Positions 38,069-48,360 of a stretch of DNA of 64,000 nucleotides are shown here, in pieces. Position numbers and translations under genes: made by a program. This DNA comes from Emticicia sp. C21 (GTDB taxonomy: Bacteria; Bacteroidota; Bacteroidia; Cytophagales; Spirosomataceae), in the NCBI RefSeq assembly GCF_003418935.1, contig NZ_QVMT01000014.1:27143-91142 (forward strand), in the 5' to 3' direction. The first letter of the stretch is position 1. Each line of letters opens with the position of its first letter. Below the pieces are notes generated by a model. It was not told where the DNA came from. It saw nothing but the letters and a program-made list of their open reading frames with translations, and searched no databases.

Positions 38069-38608
38069 TTGAAAAATATCGACCAACAATTAGTATTGCA
38101 AATTGCATTTTTCACATTTGCTTCTATTACCATTGGTGGCGCAGTTTATCTGCTATTCACGAGAAATGTGCTATATGCTGCTTTTAGCTTATTGGTTACA
38201 CTCTTAGGTGTAGCAGGACTCTATGTGTTTGCCGGAGCCGATTTCTTAGCAGTAAGTCAGATTATGATTTATGTAGGAGGTATTCTGATTCTGATGATTT
38301 TTGGAATTATGCTCACCAACAAGAAAAAAGAGCAACAGAAGTCGGACCAATTGAATAAAATTCTGGTAAGCCATCATAATCGTTTTTGGGCAGCTATTGT
38401 AGCGGTTCTTCTTTTCTTAGGTTTTTTAAAAGTAGTTTTTGCCGCTAATTTCCAATTAGTCGGTAAAGAAATTCATCAGGGTACAACCGTTCAGAAAATA
38501 GGCATAGAATTAATGACTAACTATGTCTTTGCCTTTGAAATCATCGGCTTATTGCTATTAGCAGCGTTAATAGGGGCGGCTTATGTTGCCAAGAAGGAGA
38601 AGATTTAG
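38069..38608 (+). CDS. nuoJ: NADH-quinone oxidoreductase subunit J
   Basis: 179-aa polytopic membrane protein directly downstream of nuoI and upstream of nuoK. Confidence 0.75.
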   Translation: MKNIDQQLVLQIAFFTFASITIGGAVYLLFTRNVLYAAFSLLVTLLGVAGLYVFAGADFLAVSQIMIYVGGILILMIFGIMLTNKKKEQQKSDQLNKILVSHHNRFWAAIVAVLLFLGFLKVVFAANFQLVGKEIHQGTTVQKIGIELMTNYVFAFEIIGLLLLAALIGAAYVAKKEKI

Positions 38609-38710
38609 ATTATAAATTTAGTAATTGAATGAGTAAGTGATTGAGTGATTAAAAATGAGAATTAAAATTAATTATTCACTCATTCACACAATCACTCAAT
38701 AAATAAACAA

Positions 38711-39016
38711 ATGATATATATTCAAAATTATCTCATCATTGGGGCTTTGTTGTTTTCAATTGGTTTGGCAGTAGCTGTTACCAAGCGCAATGCTATTCTG
38801 GTATTAATGGGGATTGAGTTAATGCTCAATGCTGTTAATCTGAATATGATTGCATTTAGTCAATATGACCCTAATCGCTTACAGGGACAGATGTTTGCTT
38901 TGTTTGTAATGGTGATTGCAGCGGCAGAAATAACCGTAGCATTGGCGATAATTTTGAAAATATATGACTATTTCAAGAATATTGACCTTGAAGCAACAAA
39001 TGAATTAAAAAAGTAA
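38711..39016 (+). CDS. nuoK: NADH-quinone oxidoreductase subunit K
   Basis: 101 aa; LVLMGIELMLNAVNLNMIAFS is the NuoK signature region. Confidence 0.85.
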   Translation: MIYIQNYLIIGALLFSIGLAVAVTKRNAILVLMGIELMLNAVNLNMIAFSQYDPNRLQGQMFALFVMVIAAAEITVALAIILKIYDYFKNIDLEATNELKK

Positions 39017-39023
39017 AAAAGTA

Positions 39024-39055
39024 TTTGACAAATATAAAGAGACTTGCTACCTTTG
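39024..39055 (+). promoter_or_regulatory. Bacteroidetes-type promoter for tRNA-Arg (TTTG-N20-TACCTTTG)
   Basis: TTTG at 39024-27 and TACCTTTG at 39048-55, about 20 nt upstream of the tRNA 5' end. Confidence 0.55.
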
Positions 39056-39075
39056 CAGTCCCAAATCGGGGATAT

Positions 39076-39149
39076 GGCTGCGTAGCTCAACTGAATAGAG
39101 CGTCTCACTACGGATGAGAAGGTTAGGGGTTTGAATCCCTTCGCGGTCA
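39076..39149 (+). tRNA. tRNA-Arg (anticodon ACG)
   Basis: Acceptor GGCTGCG/CGCGGTC; TA-GCTC-AACTGAATA-GAGC; anticodon arm TCTCA-CTACGGA-TGAGA; T-arm AGGGG-TTTGAAT-CCCTT; discriminator A. Confidence 0.85.
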
Positions 39150-39218
39150 CAAAAAGTTCAAAAACCCTTCAAATAGCGCTATTTGAAGGGTTTTTTGTTT
39201 TATGGTGATACCGTTTTT
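39134..39218 (+). repeat. left copy of an ~85-bp direct repeat (tRNA-Arg 3' end + terminator)
   Basis: About 94% identical to 43142-43226. The left copy is part of the intact tRNA. Confidence 0.7.
39163..39196 (+). terminator. rho-independent terminator after tRNA-Arg
   Basis: Perfect 13-bp palindromic stem CCCTTCAAATAGC/GCTATTTGAAGGG followed by T6. Confidence 0.75.
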
Positions 39219-39389
39219 TACATCTTTTTTATAAGTATTTAATATTACATAGTGCCTGAACATCACCTTTGCCTCATTGCGTATTCCGATGAGTTCTACT
39301 TTGTGCAGTTTTGATAAAGCACAAGACGATGGGGGGAATACCCGGGATATGCAGAGAGTATTACGCAAGTGCTGTGGCGGTTATTTGAA

Positions 39390-41852
39390 TCAATCTACCC
39401 TAAGATTATCCACAGGATTTGTATTGGCCGCCTTCAACGTTTGTGAGAAGATGGTTGTCAGTCCAAGAGCTAACACGACCGCCAGGCTAACGACGATTTC
39501 AAAGGCACCAATAGTTGCATGATAATATTGTGCCTCTTGTAGCATCAACTCCATTAAAAGGTAGACGCCTGGAATGGTGATGATACCCGCGATGCCCAGC
39601 AGCATCATGAAGTCTCTGGATAACAGGTACACCAGGCTTCCGGAAGAGGCACCCATCACTTTCCGGATGCTCACTTCTTTGACCCGGTTTTTGATCGTGA
39701 ACACAACCGTGCCCAATAGTCCCAGGCACGCTATGGTGATGGCTAAGATTCCCATGAATCCCCACAGCTTCATCATTTTGTTATAAGACGAATAGGCATC
39801 GTGGATCTGGTCGGTGAGTAATTCGGCTTTGAACTTCTGGCCTTTCCCGACAGATTTCCAGGCTGCTTCCATTTCCGGAAAAACACGGCTTTGGTTGGTT
39901 GATTGCAACTGAAAATTCGCATAGTTGAAATGCTCAGGTGCATATTCGAAGAAGAAATTTCCAATAGGTGATTGCAGGCTTGCGTAATGAAAATCTTTCA
40001 GAATACCCACCACTGTCACTTTTCTTTTATCGGGCAGGATGACCTCCTGACCAATGGCTCTGGAAGCGTCATCCGGGCTCAGTTTTTTTGCAAACACTTC
40101 ATTGATGATAATCCAACGTGAGTTTTCGCCGGCGTTTTTGACGAAGTTCCTTCCCAACACAAGATGCAGCCCCATATTTGTTATAAAGTTTTCATCAACA
40201 GACATCTTGCTCGCGTCTATAGAATCTGAATCGGCCACCCGCTTTACATACAATCCTGGTACGCTTCCAATGCCAAGCGGGTGCGACGATAGAGAGATCA
40301 TAGAAATGGAGGAAAGCTTTCCAAATTCATTTTTGACCAATTGGGGATCAGCCTGTTGAAGATCAACGTTGAGTATTTTCTCCTGGTCGAATCCGAAATC
40401 ATAATTTACAGAGTACCGATGCTGTTGTGCCATAATAAACACGGCAAAAGTAAAACCAAGAGACAGAATGAACTGGAATGTAATTACCAACTTACGTAAC
40501 GAAAACAGGTGGCCCGTTTTTGTTTGCAGTTCCTTCCCTTTCAGTGCCTGAACTGCACCGGTCTTTGAAAAATGAAGTGCCGGAACAATGCCCGAAACAA
40601 AGCCAACAAAAATGGCGAAAGTTATGAAACCGGCATACGTGCCAAGGGTAGGATTCAGATCGACCCAATCAACGCTGTTGAAAAGCGACAGGGTTTCACC
40701 GCGAATAATCTCAAAGAAAAAATACGACAGTATCACAGCCAGCAGCATAATGATCGTGCTTTCCATCATAAACTGCATAAAGATATGTCTCTTCCGTGCA
40801 CCCATCACCTTTCGCACACCCATCTCTTTCATTCGTTTGAGTGACTGGGAGATAGCCAGGCTAACGTAGTTACTGCATGCTGCGAAGAATATAATGATGG
40901 GTATAACTCCAAAGAGTAGCATTTCCTGGTAGCTCCATTCGTTGCCCATGTCATTGTCGAGCTCAGGCCCGGGAACAATCTTATCTAACCGCTGAAGTTC
41001 GAAAGAAGCCTTGAACTCAGGTTTCGTGTATTTTTCTTTGGCAACGCCATTCAGAAACACTTCAAGAGCAGAGGGACTCAGATTGTCAGAGAGTTGCAGA
41101 TAGGCGTATGAATTGCGGAAGCTATTCCAGTTTTTTTCGTCGTCTGTAAAAGAAGCACCATGATGAGAGATGAGCGTGGCGAATGAGACCAGCGCCTCAA
41201 CCCTTAGGTGCGAGTTCTTAGGCATGTTTTTTGCTACACCTGTCACCATCACTTCACCATATGGCTCTATGGATACAAGTTTGCCCATTGGGTCCTTGTC
41301 GCCAAAAATTCTGGCAGCTGCGGCCTCGGTAATAACCATCGAATTAGGATTGGCAAGCGAAGTGGCAGGGTTGCCCTGCAGCAGTGGAAAGTTAAACATA
41401 GAAAGATACGATGCATCCGCAAAGTATCCGTCTAAAGAAATTTTCATTTCGCCATAACGAACATTACGGGGAAGCGACTGATGAATACGAACAACCTTTT
41501 CTACACCGGCGAAATTGCCTTTCAGCAGTTGAGCGGCACCTATAGGCACGGATGCGAGCGACGGGTCCTCCTGTCGATCCTGCACGTGAGTGATGATCCG
41601 GTAAATGCGCTCTTTATTCGGATGGAAGTTATCGAATTGATACATGAACACGATCATGGCAACGTACAGCAGGTTAAGCGACATGCCCACTGCCAGGCCA
41701 AAGACATTTAAAATGGTGAAGAATCTGTTTTTCGCCAGGTTACGGGTAGCGGTCTTGAAATAATTTTTCAACATGGCGGGTTCCAGGATTTTTCTAAACA
41801 AATCCTGAGTTTGCCCGGTTGAATTTACAGAAGGAGGTAATTGTTTTTTCAT
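39390..41852 (-). CDS. ABC transporter permease, FtsX/MacB-like, two FtsX domains
   Basis: About 820-aa polytopic protein of the Bacteroidetes FtsX-permease family. The track ORF extends to 41936, but the MKKQLPP start at ~41852 is more plausible. Confidence 0.75.
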   Translation of the reverse strand: MKKQLPPSVNSTGQTQDLFRKILEPAMLKNYFKTATRNLAKNRFFTILNVFGLAVGMSLNLLYVAMIVFMYQFDNFHPNKERIYRIITHVQDRQEDPSLASVPIGAAQLLKGNFAGVEKVVRIHQSLPRNVRYGEMKISLDGYFADASYLSMFNFPLLQGNPATSLANPNSMVITEAAAARIFGDKDPMGKLVSIEPYGEVMVTGVAKNMPKNSHLRVEALVSFATLISHHGASFTDDEKNWNSFRNSYAYLQLSDNLSPSALEVFLNGVAKEKYTKPEFKASFELQRLDKIVPGPELDNDMGNEWSYQEMLLFGVIPIIIFFAACSNYVSLAISQSLKRMKEMGVRKVMGARKRHIFMQFMMESTIIMLLAVILSYFFFEIIRGETLSLFNSVDWVDLNPTLGTYAGFITFAIFVGFVSGIVPALHFSKTGAVQALKGKELQTKTGHLFSLRKLVITFQFILSLGFTFAVFIMAQQHRYSVNYDFGFDQEKILNVDLQQADPQLVKNEFGKLSSISMISLSSHPLGIGSVPGLYVKRVADSDSIDASKMSVDENFITNMGLHLVLGRNFVKNAGENSRWIIINEVFAKKLSPDDASRAIGQEVILPDKRKVTVVGILKDFHYASLQSPIGNFFFEYAPEHFNYANFQLQSTNQSRVFPEMEAAWKSVGKGQKFKAELLTDQIHDAYSSYNKMMKLWGFMGILAITIACLGLLGTVVFTIKNRVKEVSIRKVMGASSGSLVYLLSRDFMMLLGIAGIITIPGVYLLMELMLQEAQYYHATIGAFEIVVSLAVVLALGLTTIFSQTLKAANTNPVDNLRVD

Positions 41853-41959
41853 AACTTTATTTTTTAATAAAGGCTTTATATTATATGATGCTGAAAAAAT
41901 GTATTTGGTTACAGCTAAGCACGTTTTGATGAACAAGATTAAATTTATATCTGATGAGA

Positions 41960-42765
41960 TTTATGTGAGGTTATATTTCTAAATGTATGATGTTTTATAA
42001 TTTCTATAGTGCATAGTTAATTTAATAGCTTGCCAATGATTGAATACCTTCTTTGAAAAGCTTGTTGTCCTTCTTTTTAACCTCTTGCAACTGTTTCTTA
42101 ATGAGGTGTTTACACCCTCAATTGTTCTGGTGAATTTCTTGCCAATTAGATGTTTATCATAAGGTAAAACTTGTTTAAAGGCTTCCCATCTATCGGTACA
42201 GAACCAGTCAATTGTAAGCCCTTGAAGACGTTTAAAAAGGTCTTTTACTTGCCTTTTGCTGCGTTTACCTGCTGTAACCGCAATAATCTCATTAGTTTCA
42301 ACAGCGTAGGCGTAAATAATCCAGACCTTTTTCCCTTTCTTACTTACGAAACTATGTAGTTCATCTATCTGCACTTTGTGATAATGCTTTTTACTTGGTT
42401 TCAGGGTAATAGACAATCCTATTTTTAGCATTGTTCTGATAACACACCCTTTGCTAATACCTAATACATTCGCAATATCTGTAATTCCACTTCCATGAAC
42501 TAACATCCTGATAATCTGACGCTTAACTCTAATATTGGCTCCCCAGTACAGATATTCATATTGGAATTGTTTCTTACAATCTGAACATTTGTAATTCTGA
42601 ACCTTGTTCTTTTTTAAGCCATTCTTTACTACTTTTGCACTGAAACAATGGGGGCAATCTAACTTTATTATTATTTGAGACATAATCGTAAAGTTCGCTC
42701 CCTTGTTTTATCTTTTCAAATTATCATACATTTTATCTACAACCTATGTGATTGCCTATAATCAA
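41960..42765 (-). mobile_element. IS1-family insertion sequence (~0.8 kb)
   Basis: Contains the fused InsAB-type transposase ORF. Imperfect terminal inverted repeats share the core AAATGTATGAT at ~41966-41976 and ~42741-42751 (complement). Confidence 0.7.
41979..42683 (-). CDS. IS1 family transposase (fused InsA-InsB)
   Basis: InsA zinc finger CPHCFSAKVVKNG...YKCSDCKKQF; HTH GISKGCVIRTMLK; InsB-like block KKVWIIYAYAVETNEIIAVTAGKRSKRQVKDLFKRLQ. Confidence 0.85.
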   Translation of the reverse strand: MSQIIIKLDCPHCFSAKVVKNGLKKNKVQNYKCSDCKKQFQYEYLYWGANIRVKRQIIRMLVHGSGITDIANVLGISKGCVIRTMLKIGLSITLKPSKKHYHKVQIDELHSFVSKKGKKVWIIYAYAVETNEIIAVTAGKRSKRQVKDLFKRLQGLTIDWFCTDRWEAFKQVLPYDKHLIGKKFTRTIEGVNTSLRNSCKRLKRRTTSFSKKVFNHWQAIKLTMHYRNYKTSYI

Positions 42766-43141
42766 GGAAACTACCCATACCCAAGCCTCTATTTATTAAA
42801 TAAAAAACAAAGTGAGATCTGTTACAATTCTCATGTTTAGTCCAGATATTAGCACAAAATAAAAGCCCTCATAAAATAAGGGAATTCATTACTAAATGAG
42901 GATTCTAATAACTTTAATAAAATTAATAATTTCAATTATCAATTAAAAAAAGCACCCTTATTCTGTATGGAAATAACTGCGTATAGTTGATAGGGTCTAT
43001 GGCACCTGATTATTTACTAAAATAAATCTAGCAGAAGAATAGATAATTATCTAAATGTGCTTATTATTATCGATAATCAAGGTATTATAATACTATGAAT
43101 CCTTATTCAAAAACATTAGGATTCGTTACGAATCCGGCATA

Positions 43142-43226
43142 AATCCCTTCGCGGTCACAAAAAGTTTAAAAACCCTTCAAATAGCGCAGTTTGAAGGGTT
43201 TTTTGTTTTATAGTGCTACCTTTTTT
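43142..43226 (+). repeat. right copy of the ~85-bp direct repeat (orphan tRNA-Arg 3' fragment + terminator)
   Basis: aatcccttcgcggtcacaaaaagtttaaaaacccttcaaatagcgcagtttgaagggttttttgttttat matches 39134-39218 with about 5 mismatches. Confidence 0.7.
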
Positions 43227-43659
43227 GCCACCTTTCTCTGGGTGAAAAATATCAGGAATCGCACTAAATACCTTGCCACACAAATCACTTACGATTTGCA
43301 GCACAATACGGCTCAAGCGAAAAAGCTAGGGGCTAAGCATAAATTTTAGTGAGTCCAAAATAGTAAAATCTAAAACCACCTTATCAAAGCCATTCAGGAA
43401 TATAACGCTATAAATGGCGTTACTGCAGATATTACTTCATTTGAATAACCTAATGATTTATCACCAGGCGTGCAAGAAAAGCTAAATAATTTATTTTAAA
43501 AGTTTCCACACTTTGGTTAATTAATTTAGCTTTAAAGCGTTCATTCTATACAGAAGAATCGGAATTCAGTAAAAACTTCTATTAGCAACTGGCTATATAC
43601 TGGATTATTTTTTTTTAATTGTATTGACCTGACAAAAAAGCATTTTTAAAATTACTTCT

Positions 43660-44316
43660 ATGAAAAGAATATTTTTTTTTATTTTGTTACTACTCCATCT
43701 GTGTATAAGCTGTGGTGATAAAAGTAAAACTAAAGAATTGAAAAATTCAGTTTTAAGCCTTTTGAAAACAGATGAGTATTACTACCATTCAGATAGCTTA
43801 GTAAAAGCTAAATCAAAAGAAGCACTCAACTATTGCAAAGCCAGAAACTGGAATACAGAGGTTTGCTTTATGCTGGATATGAGTATTCACTCTGGTAAAA
43901 AGAGATTCTTTATCTGGGATTTAAAAAATAATAAAACCCTTGATTCGGGGTTGGTTGCCCATGGTTGTGGAAAGAAAAACTGGGGAAAAGATGATACCAA
44001 AGAGGCCGCAGTGTTTAGTAATATCCCCGAAAGCTATTGTTCCTCTCTTGGAAAATACAAAATTGGAAATAGAGGAGTAAGTACATGGGGGATTAAAGTA
44101 AATTACCTAATGCATGGAATGGAGCAAACCAATAATAATGCTTTAAAAAGACAAATCGTTTTACATTCCTGGAATGCTGTTCCCGATAATGAAACATATC
44201 CAGATGGAGTTCCAGAAGGTTGGGGATGTCCGGCGGTGAGTAATAACTTTATGAGGAAATTGGATAGGGTTATAATCCAATCAAAAAAGCCCATATTACT
44301 ATGGACTTTCAAGTGA
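43660..44316 (+). CDS. lipoprotein, possible L,D-transpeptidase-like catalytic domain
   Basis: Signal peptide plus lipobox (LLLHLCISCG). The C-terminal segment HSWN...GWGCPAVS is loosely reminiscent of the YkuD His/Cys catalytic pair. Weak call. Confidence 0.35.
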   Translation: MKRIFFFILLLLHLCISCGDKSKTKELKNSVLSLLKTDEYYYHSDSLVKAKSKEALNYCKARNWNTEVCFMLDMSIHSGKKRFFIWDLKNNKTLDSGLVAHGCGKKNWGKDDTKEAAVFSNIPESYCSSLGKYKIGNRGVSTWGIKVNYLMHGMEQTNNNALKRQIVLHSWNAVPDNETYPDGVPEGWGCPAVSNNFMRKLDRVIIQSKKPILLWTFK

Positions 44317-44550
44317 GTTTTTATAACATAACTTTATAATCTCTCTTTTTCAATATCATTCTCAGGCACTGCTATTTTCTCTTTATAGTGAGTACATTTA
44401 TTAGGACACGAAGATTTTTTATAATGCTTTCCAGTCCGAGAACTAGTAAATGTTATTTAATCTACTAACGACTATAACAAAACATATATGACCTTAAAAA
44501 TAACCCTCACAAGAGTAAGGATATTTTAGCAATACTGCATTGTAAAACTA

Positions 44551-45126
44551 TTAAACGAAATCCCCCATCAATCTAACACCTCTACTAAACTTCTCCCGAA
44601 ACACTCCCTGCTGTCCGCTCCCCGGATACGGTATTCGTTCATGATAAGCATTGTACCCATTTGCTACTAACGGAGCATAGCAAATATCATAGACATTTGC
44701 CTTGATTAAAATAATCGGGATGCTCTTGTCAATTTGATTTTTCAGGCGTTCGAGAAGAGAAGGTAGAAAGTTTTCGAGAGGTTCTTCAACAAGACTGCAA
44801 GGCACTTCGGATAAACTGATAAACCAATATCCATCTTCCTGAAATCTTTCCAGAAGTTCTTCTTTCAGAGAAGTAGCACGACGAGAGGCTAGATATTCCT
44901 TTTTTTGTTCAGGATACAAAACTCCCATGACTTCTAAAAAAAGCGAATCATGTTTCTTTACATCGGCAAAATAAAAATATCTATCAAGATTATCCGGCGG
45001 GCCTTCACCAATAAAAACCATTTTTATATTCCTGGGCTTAAATTGGTTTCTTGCTTTGGCATAACGGGCTTTGATAAACTCAATATCTAAACGAGAATGT
45101 TCCATACACGAGATTTTATTAAACAA
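44551..45126 (-). CDS. hypothetical protein
   Basis: 191-aa ORF with no recognised motif. Confidence 0.4.
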   Translation of the reverse strand: MFNKISCMEHSRLDIEFIKARYAKARNQFKPRNIKMVFIGEGPPDNLDRYFYFADVKKHDSLFLEVMGVLYPEQKKEYLASRRATSLKEELLERFQEDGYWFISLSEVPCSLVEEPLENFLPSLLERLKNQIDKSIPIILIKANVYDICYAPLVANGYNAYHERIPYPGSGQQGVFREKFSRGVRLMGDFV

Positions 45127-45192
45127 AACTCATTCATACGGGCAAAAGTTGCAGATATGAATGAGTAAGTTCCTGAATTCTCAGATGAAATA

Positions 45193-47325
45193 TCAACCGC
45201 ACCCTTTAATCTCTATTTTAAAAGTACTTCCGGTATTGGCATTAAATGGAGGATTCAATACGACGTTTTTTCCTGCATTATAGGTAGTATTAACTCCGTT
45301 TGGAATGACTTGTGTAGAAGTTATAGTTTTATTAGCAGTTCTTACGCCAGCCGTTGCAGTTCCGCTCAATGTTAAATTCTCTGGTGCACCCGATACACCA
45401 CTTGTAATGGTTAAGACATTACTATTTGGGCTTATGCAACCATTAACCGTACACTTGGCCGCATAAGTACCAGTTGTATTCACCGAAATACTACTTCCAC
45501 TTAGCCCATTCGACCAGGTGACTGTTCCGCCGCATCCTGTGGCAGTCAATGTAACACTTTGCCCATTGCAGATAGCTGTACCCGATGCAGAGGCAGTAGG
45601 CGCAGTAGGAGATGGGCCGATAGTAACTGTTGTTGCTTTGCGCGAACTTTCACAACTGACCGTACAACTCACATAATACGTGGTATTGCTATTCAATACA
45701 GGCGTAGTATAACTGGCAGTTGAGGCAAGAATGGTAGTAGAAGTATTAGAACTATACCATTTATAGGTACCAGCGCAGCCTGTCGCAGTTAAAGTGGCTG
45801 TTTTACCCGCGCAAATCGTTTGTCCTGTTGAATTGGGCTGATTGGGTGCAGCAATTATGTTAACAGTGATTGATTTTTTAGCGCTTTCACAGTTACCATT
45901 TTTACAATTGACGTAATAAGTAGTCTGGCTATTTAAAGCAGGGGTTGTGTAAGAAGAAGAATAGGCAATGGGTGTATTAGAAGTATTAGAGGTAAACCAT
46001 TGATAATTTAAACTACAGCCACTTGCAGTTAAAGTAACACTTTTACCTGCACAGGCAGAGGCATTTGGAGAAACCTGAACATCAACAGTTGTAACTGTGA
46101 TAGCAATTGTATTACTAGTATTTGAGCATTCACCTTGCGAGCAGGTGGCAGTATAGCTGGTAGTTGTGGTTGGATATACTGTGATGGAGGCCCCTTGCGC
46201 TCCCGTAGACCACTTGACAGTTCCCCATGAACAATTGCTGGCACTAAGTGTTACACTCTGGCCTGAACAAATAGTAGTATTTGATGGACCGGAAATTGTT
46301 ATAGCAGGAAGTGTAGGATAGCCGCTTATTTTTTTTATCTCGTTTGCATAAAAAGTATTGCCGCCAAATGAGCTACAAATGCTACCAGTCTGGCCTACAT
46401 TGACCCAACCCTCAGGGAAAGAATTGTCACCACATATGGTGATAATGGAATTTACGGGCATACAGGTGACTTTTTTTATGTGTCGGGCAATATAGGCACT
46501 ATTAGGTCCGCAATTACCACCGATAGTTAAAGTAACCCATCCGGCAGGTGGAAGATCACCGCAGATGTCTAATTCGGTATCTGAGGGTAAACCATCAGCT
46601 TTTATGATATGTCTTGCTATATAAGTACTATTAAAGCCACAATTACCATTGATGCTTTTAGTAAGCCATCCGGCCGGAGGATGCGCATTTTCATCACAGA
46701 TATCTAACTCGGTTCCTGCAGCCATGCCCTCAATTTTTAAGATTCTTCTGGAGATATAATTACTACTCGGGCCGCAATAGCCTGAAACACTCTTGGTAAC
46801 CCATCCGGCAGGCGGAAGGTCTCCACAAATATCCAGCTCAGTTCCTGTAGATAGTCCGCCCACTCTTTTAATGTTTCTGCTCTCATAATTAAATCCATCT
46901 AATGAGTAGCAATTGCCATTAAAGCCTACGGTAACCCATCCTTCGGGTGCCGCAGGGTCACCACAAATAGTCAGGTCATTTTCTGTGGTTAATCCCTCTA
47001 CTTTTTTAATAGTTCTGCCGACGAATTTCGTCCCATTAATTTCAGAGGCACAATAACCATTAATACTTATCGTAACCCATCCGGCAGGCGTTGGGTCACC
47101 ACAGATACCCATTTGGTGTCCCGGCGACTTACTGCCGAGATATTCGATTGTTCGACTGATATCAGTGCCACCACAAGTGCCATTGACTGAAATGGTTACC
47201 CATCCATCCGGAACAGAGCCACCGCATATGGTTTGTGTTTGTGACTGGCCATCAAACGAAATAGCCATGAATAAGAAGGTGAAAAGAGAGAGAAACAGAA
47301 CTTGCGTAGTTTTCATATCATGCAA
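45193..47325 (-). CDS. secreted cysteine-rich multi-repeat protein
   Basis: Signal peptide, then seven ~36-aa repeats of the form [ED]LDICGD.PPAGWVT.S..G.CG, then several ~75-aa TLTA.GC..Y.W repeats (Ig-like). No T9SS CTD. Confidence 0.6.
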   Translation of the reverse strand: MHDMKTTQVLFLSLFTFLFMAISFDGQSQTQTICGGSVPDGWVTISVNGTCGGTDISRTIEYLGSKSPGHQMGICGDPTPAGWVTISINGYCASEINGTKFVGRTIKKVEGLTTENDLTICGDPAAPEGWVTVGFNGNCYSLDGFNYESRNIKRVGGLSTGTELDICGDLPPAGWVTKSVSGYCGPSSNYISRRILKIEGMAAGTELDICDENAHPPAGWLTKSINGNCGFNSTYIARHIIKADGLPSDTELDICGDLPPAGWVTLTIGGNCGPNSAYIARHIKKVTCMPVNSIITICGDNSFPEGWVNVGQTGSICSSFGGNTFYANEIKKISGYPTLPAITISGPSNTTICSGQSVTLSASNCSWGTVKWSTGAQGASITVYPTTTTSYTATCSQGECSNTSNTIAITVTTVDVQVSPNASACAGKSVTLTASGCSLNYQWFTSNTSNTPIAYSSSYTTPALNSQTTYYVNCKNGNCESAKKSITVNIIAAPNQPNSTGQTICAGKTATLTATGCAGTYKWYSSNTSTTILASTASYTTPVLNSNTTYYVSCTVSCESSRKATTVTIGPSPTAPTASASGTAICNGQSVTLTATGCGGTVTWSNGLSGSSISVNTTGTYAAKCTVNGCISPNSNVLTITSGVSGAPENLTLSGTATAGVRTANKTITSTQVIPNGVNTTYNAGKNVVLNPPFNANTGSTFKIEIKGCG

Positions 47326-47701
47326 ATAATTTTTAGGATCTCAATAGATTCTAAATTTACTACATGTGATTTGAAGAAAGATTTTTTTTCGGGATTTCTT
47401 TCTAAGTGGTCATTTGGGAAGGTCTTTTTATGTGGTTGGGATTTCTAGGAGTTACCATTGAAACTTAATTATCCCTGCAACGAATTGTCTTTTGGTAGGT
47501 TAGATTTAGCTTTTAACACTGCTAATCTATGGTGAAAAAAACGCTCATAGTCATCTGAATTAATTCTATATTCACTAGATATATACGTTCCCAGTTGAAC
47601 TTCTTCACCATTCAAAATTAAATGAACTACATCTAATAATTCTGGATATTTTTCTAAATAATGTAATATAAAAGAGTAATAAAAATAAGGAATAAGCCCC
47701 C

Positions 47702-47998
47702 CTAAAACACCATTATTCGTACATTAGGTTTAATAATTACTATTTTTTGCATCAATTTTAATGGACTAAATCTTATTTTCCTACCTATCATTCTGAAGAA
47801 AACAATAGTATAATCGAGGATTTCAACAGCAATCATTAAATCTTTCTTTTTACTAACCCGGAAAATTTCAACTTCAGTTTTTTTTTCAAGAATATTATTT
47901 TTTATTATTTCAAAAGCTCTATCAATACCTTCAATAATTAGAATTTTCTTTACTCCTTTATGCCAAAGTGTCTGTTCAATTTCTTCTTGATGATTCAT
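47702..47998 (-). CDS. hypothetical small protein in AT-rich region
   Basis: 98-aa ORF in a low-GC stretch; weak. Confidence 0.25.
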   Translation of the reverse strand: MNHQEEIEQTLWHKGVKKILIIEGIDRAFEIIKNNILEKKTEVEIFRVSKKKDLMIAVEILDYTIVFFRMIGRKIRFSPLKLMQKIVIIKPNVRIMVF

Positions 47999-48360
47999 AA
48001 ATATCTAACCCGTTGTTTATAGTTCTTCTTATTTACCTATTGTGGGTATAATAATAATATAAATCTTTAATTGTGTATTGAAATTTTTTAGAAACCATCT
48101 ATTATTTATTTATAGACTCCTTATATTCAATATAATATTAATTTTCTTCAATCAACTTATTATTGTAACTATTGTATAATTCAAATATCCATTATCCTTC
48201 AATCCCTTATGCTCCCACATTTGCCACTTAAATTTCTAGTAATTAATCCTTTTCTGAATTTCAATCTTTGTTGAGCTGAATGTTTGTATTTTTCCATACA
48301 CAGGCACGTTATTTTAGTTTGAACCAATAGAATCCAATTCACAACTAAATAACACGCATT

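Noticed and set aside
37170-38133. Minus-strand ORFs 37170..38015 and 37621..38133
   Set aside because: They are antisense frames through the nuoI 105-bp tandem repeats, with low-complexity S/F/G- or F/L/W-rich translations.
39499-41711. Multiple 70-100-aa ORFs on both strands inside 39390..41936
   Set aside because: They are nested within or antisense to the 848-aa permease gene.
39134-43226. Integrated prophage or ICE
   Set aside because: The element is only ~4 kb, with no integrase and no phage or conjugation genes. It is better described as a decayed island or IS-associated insertion.
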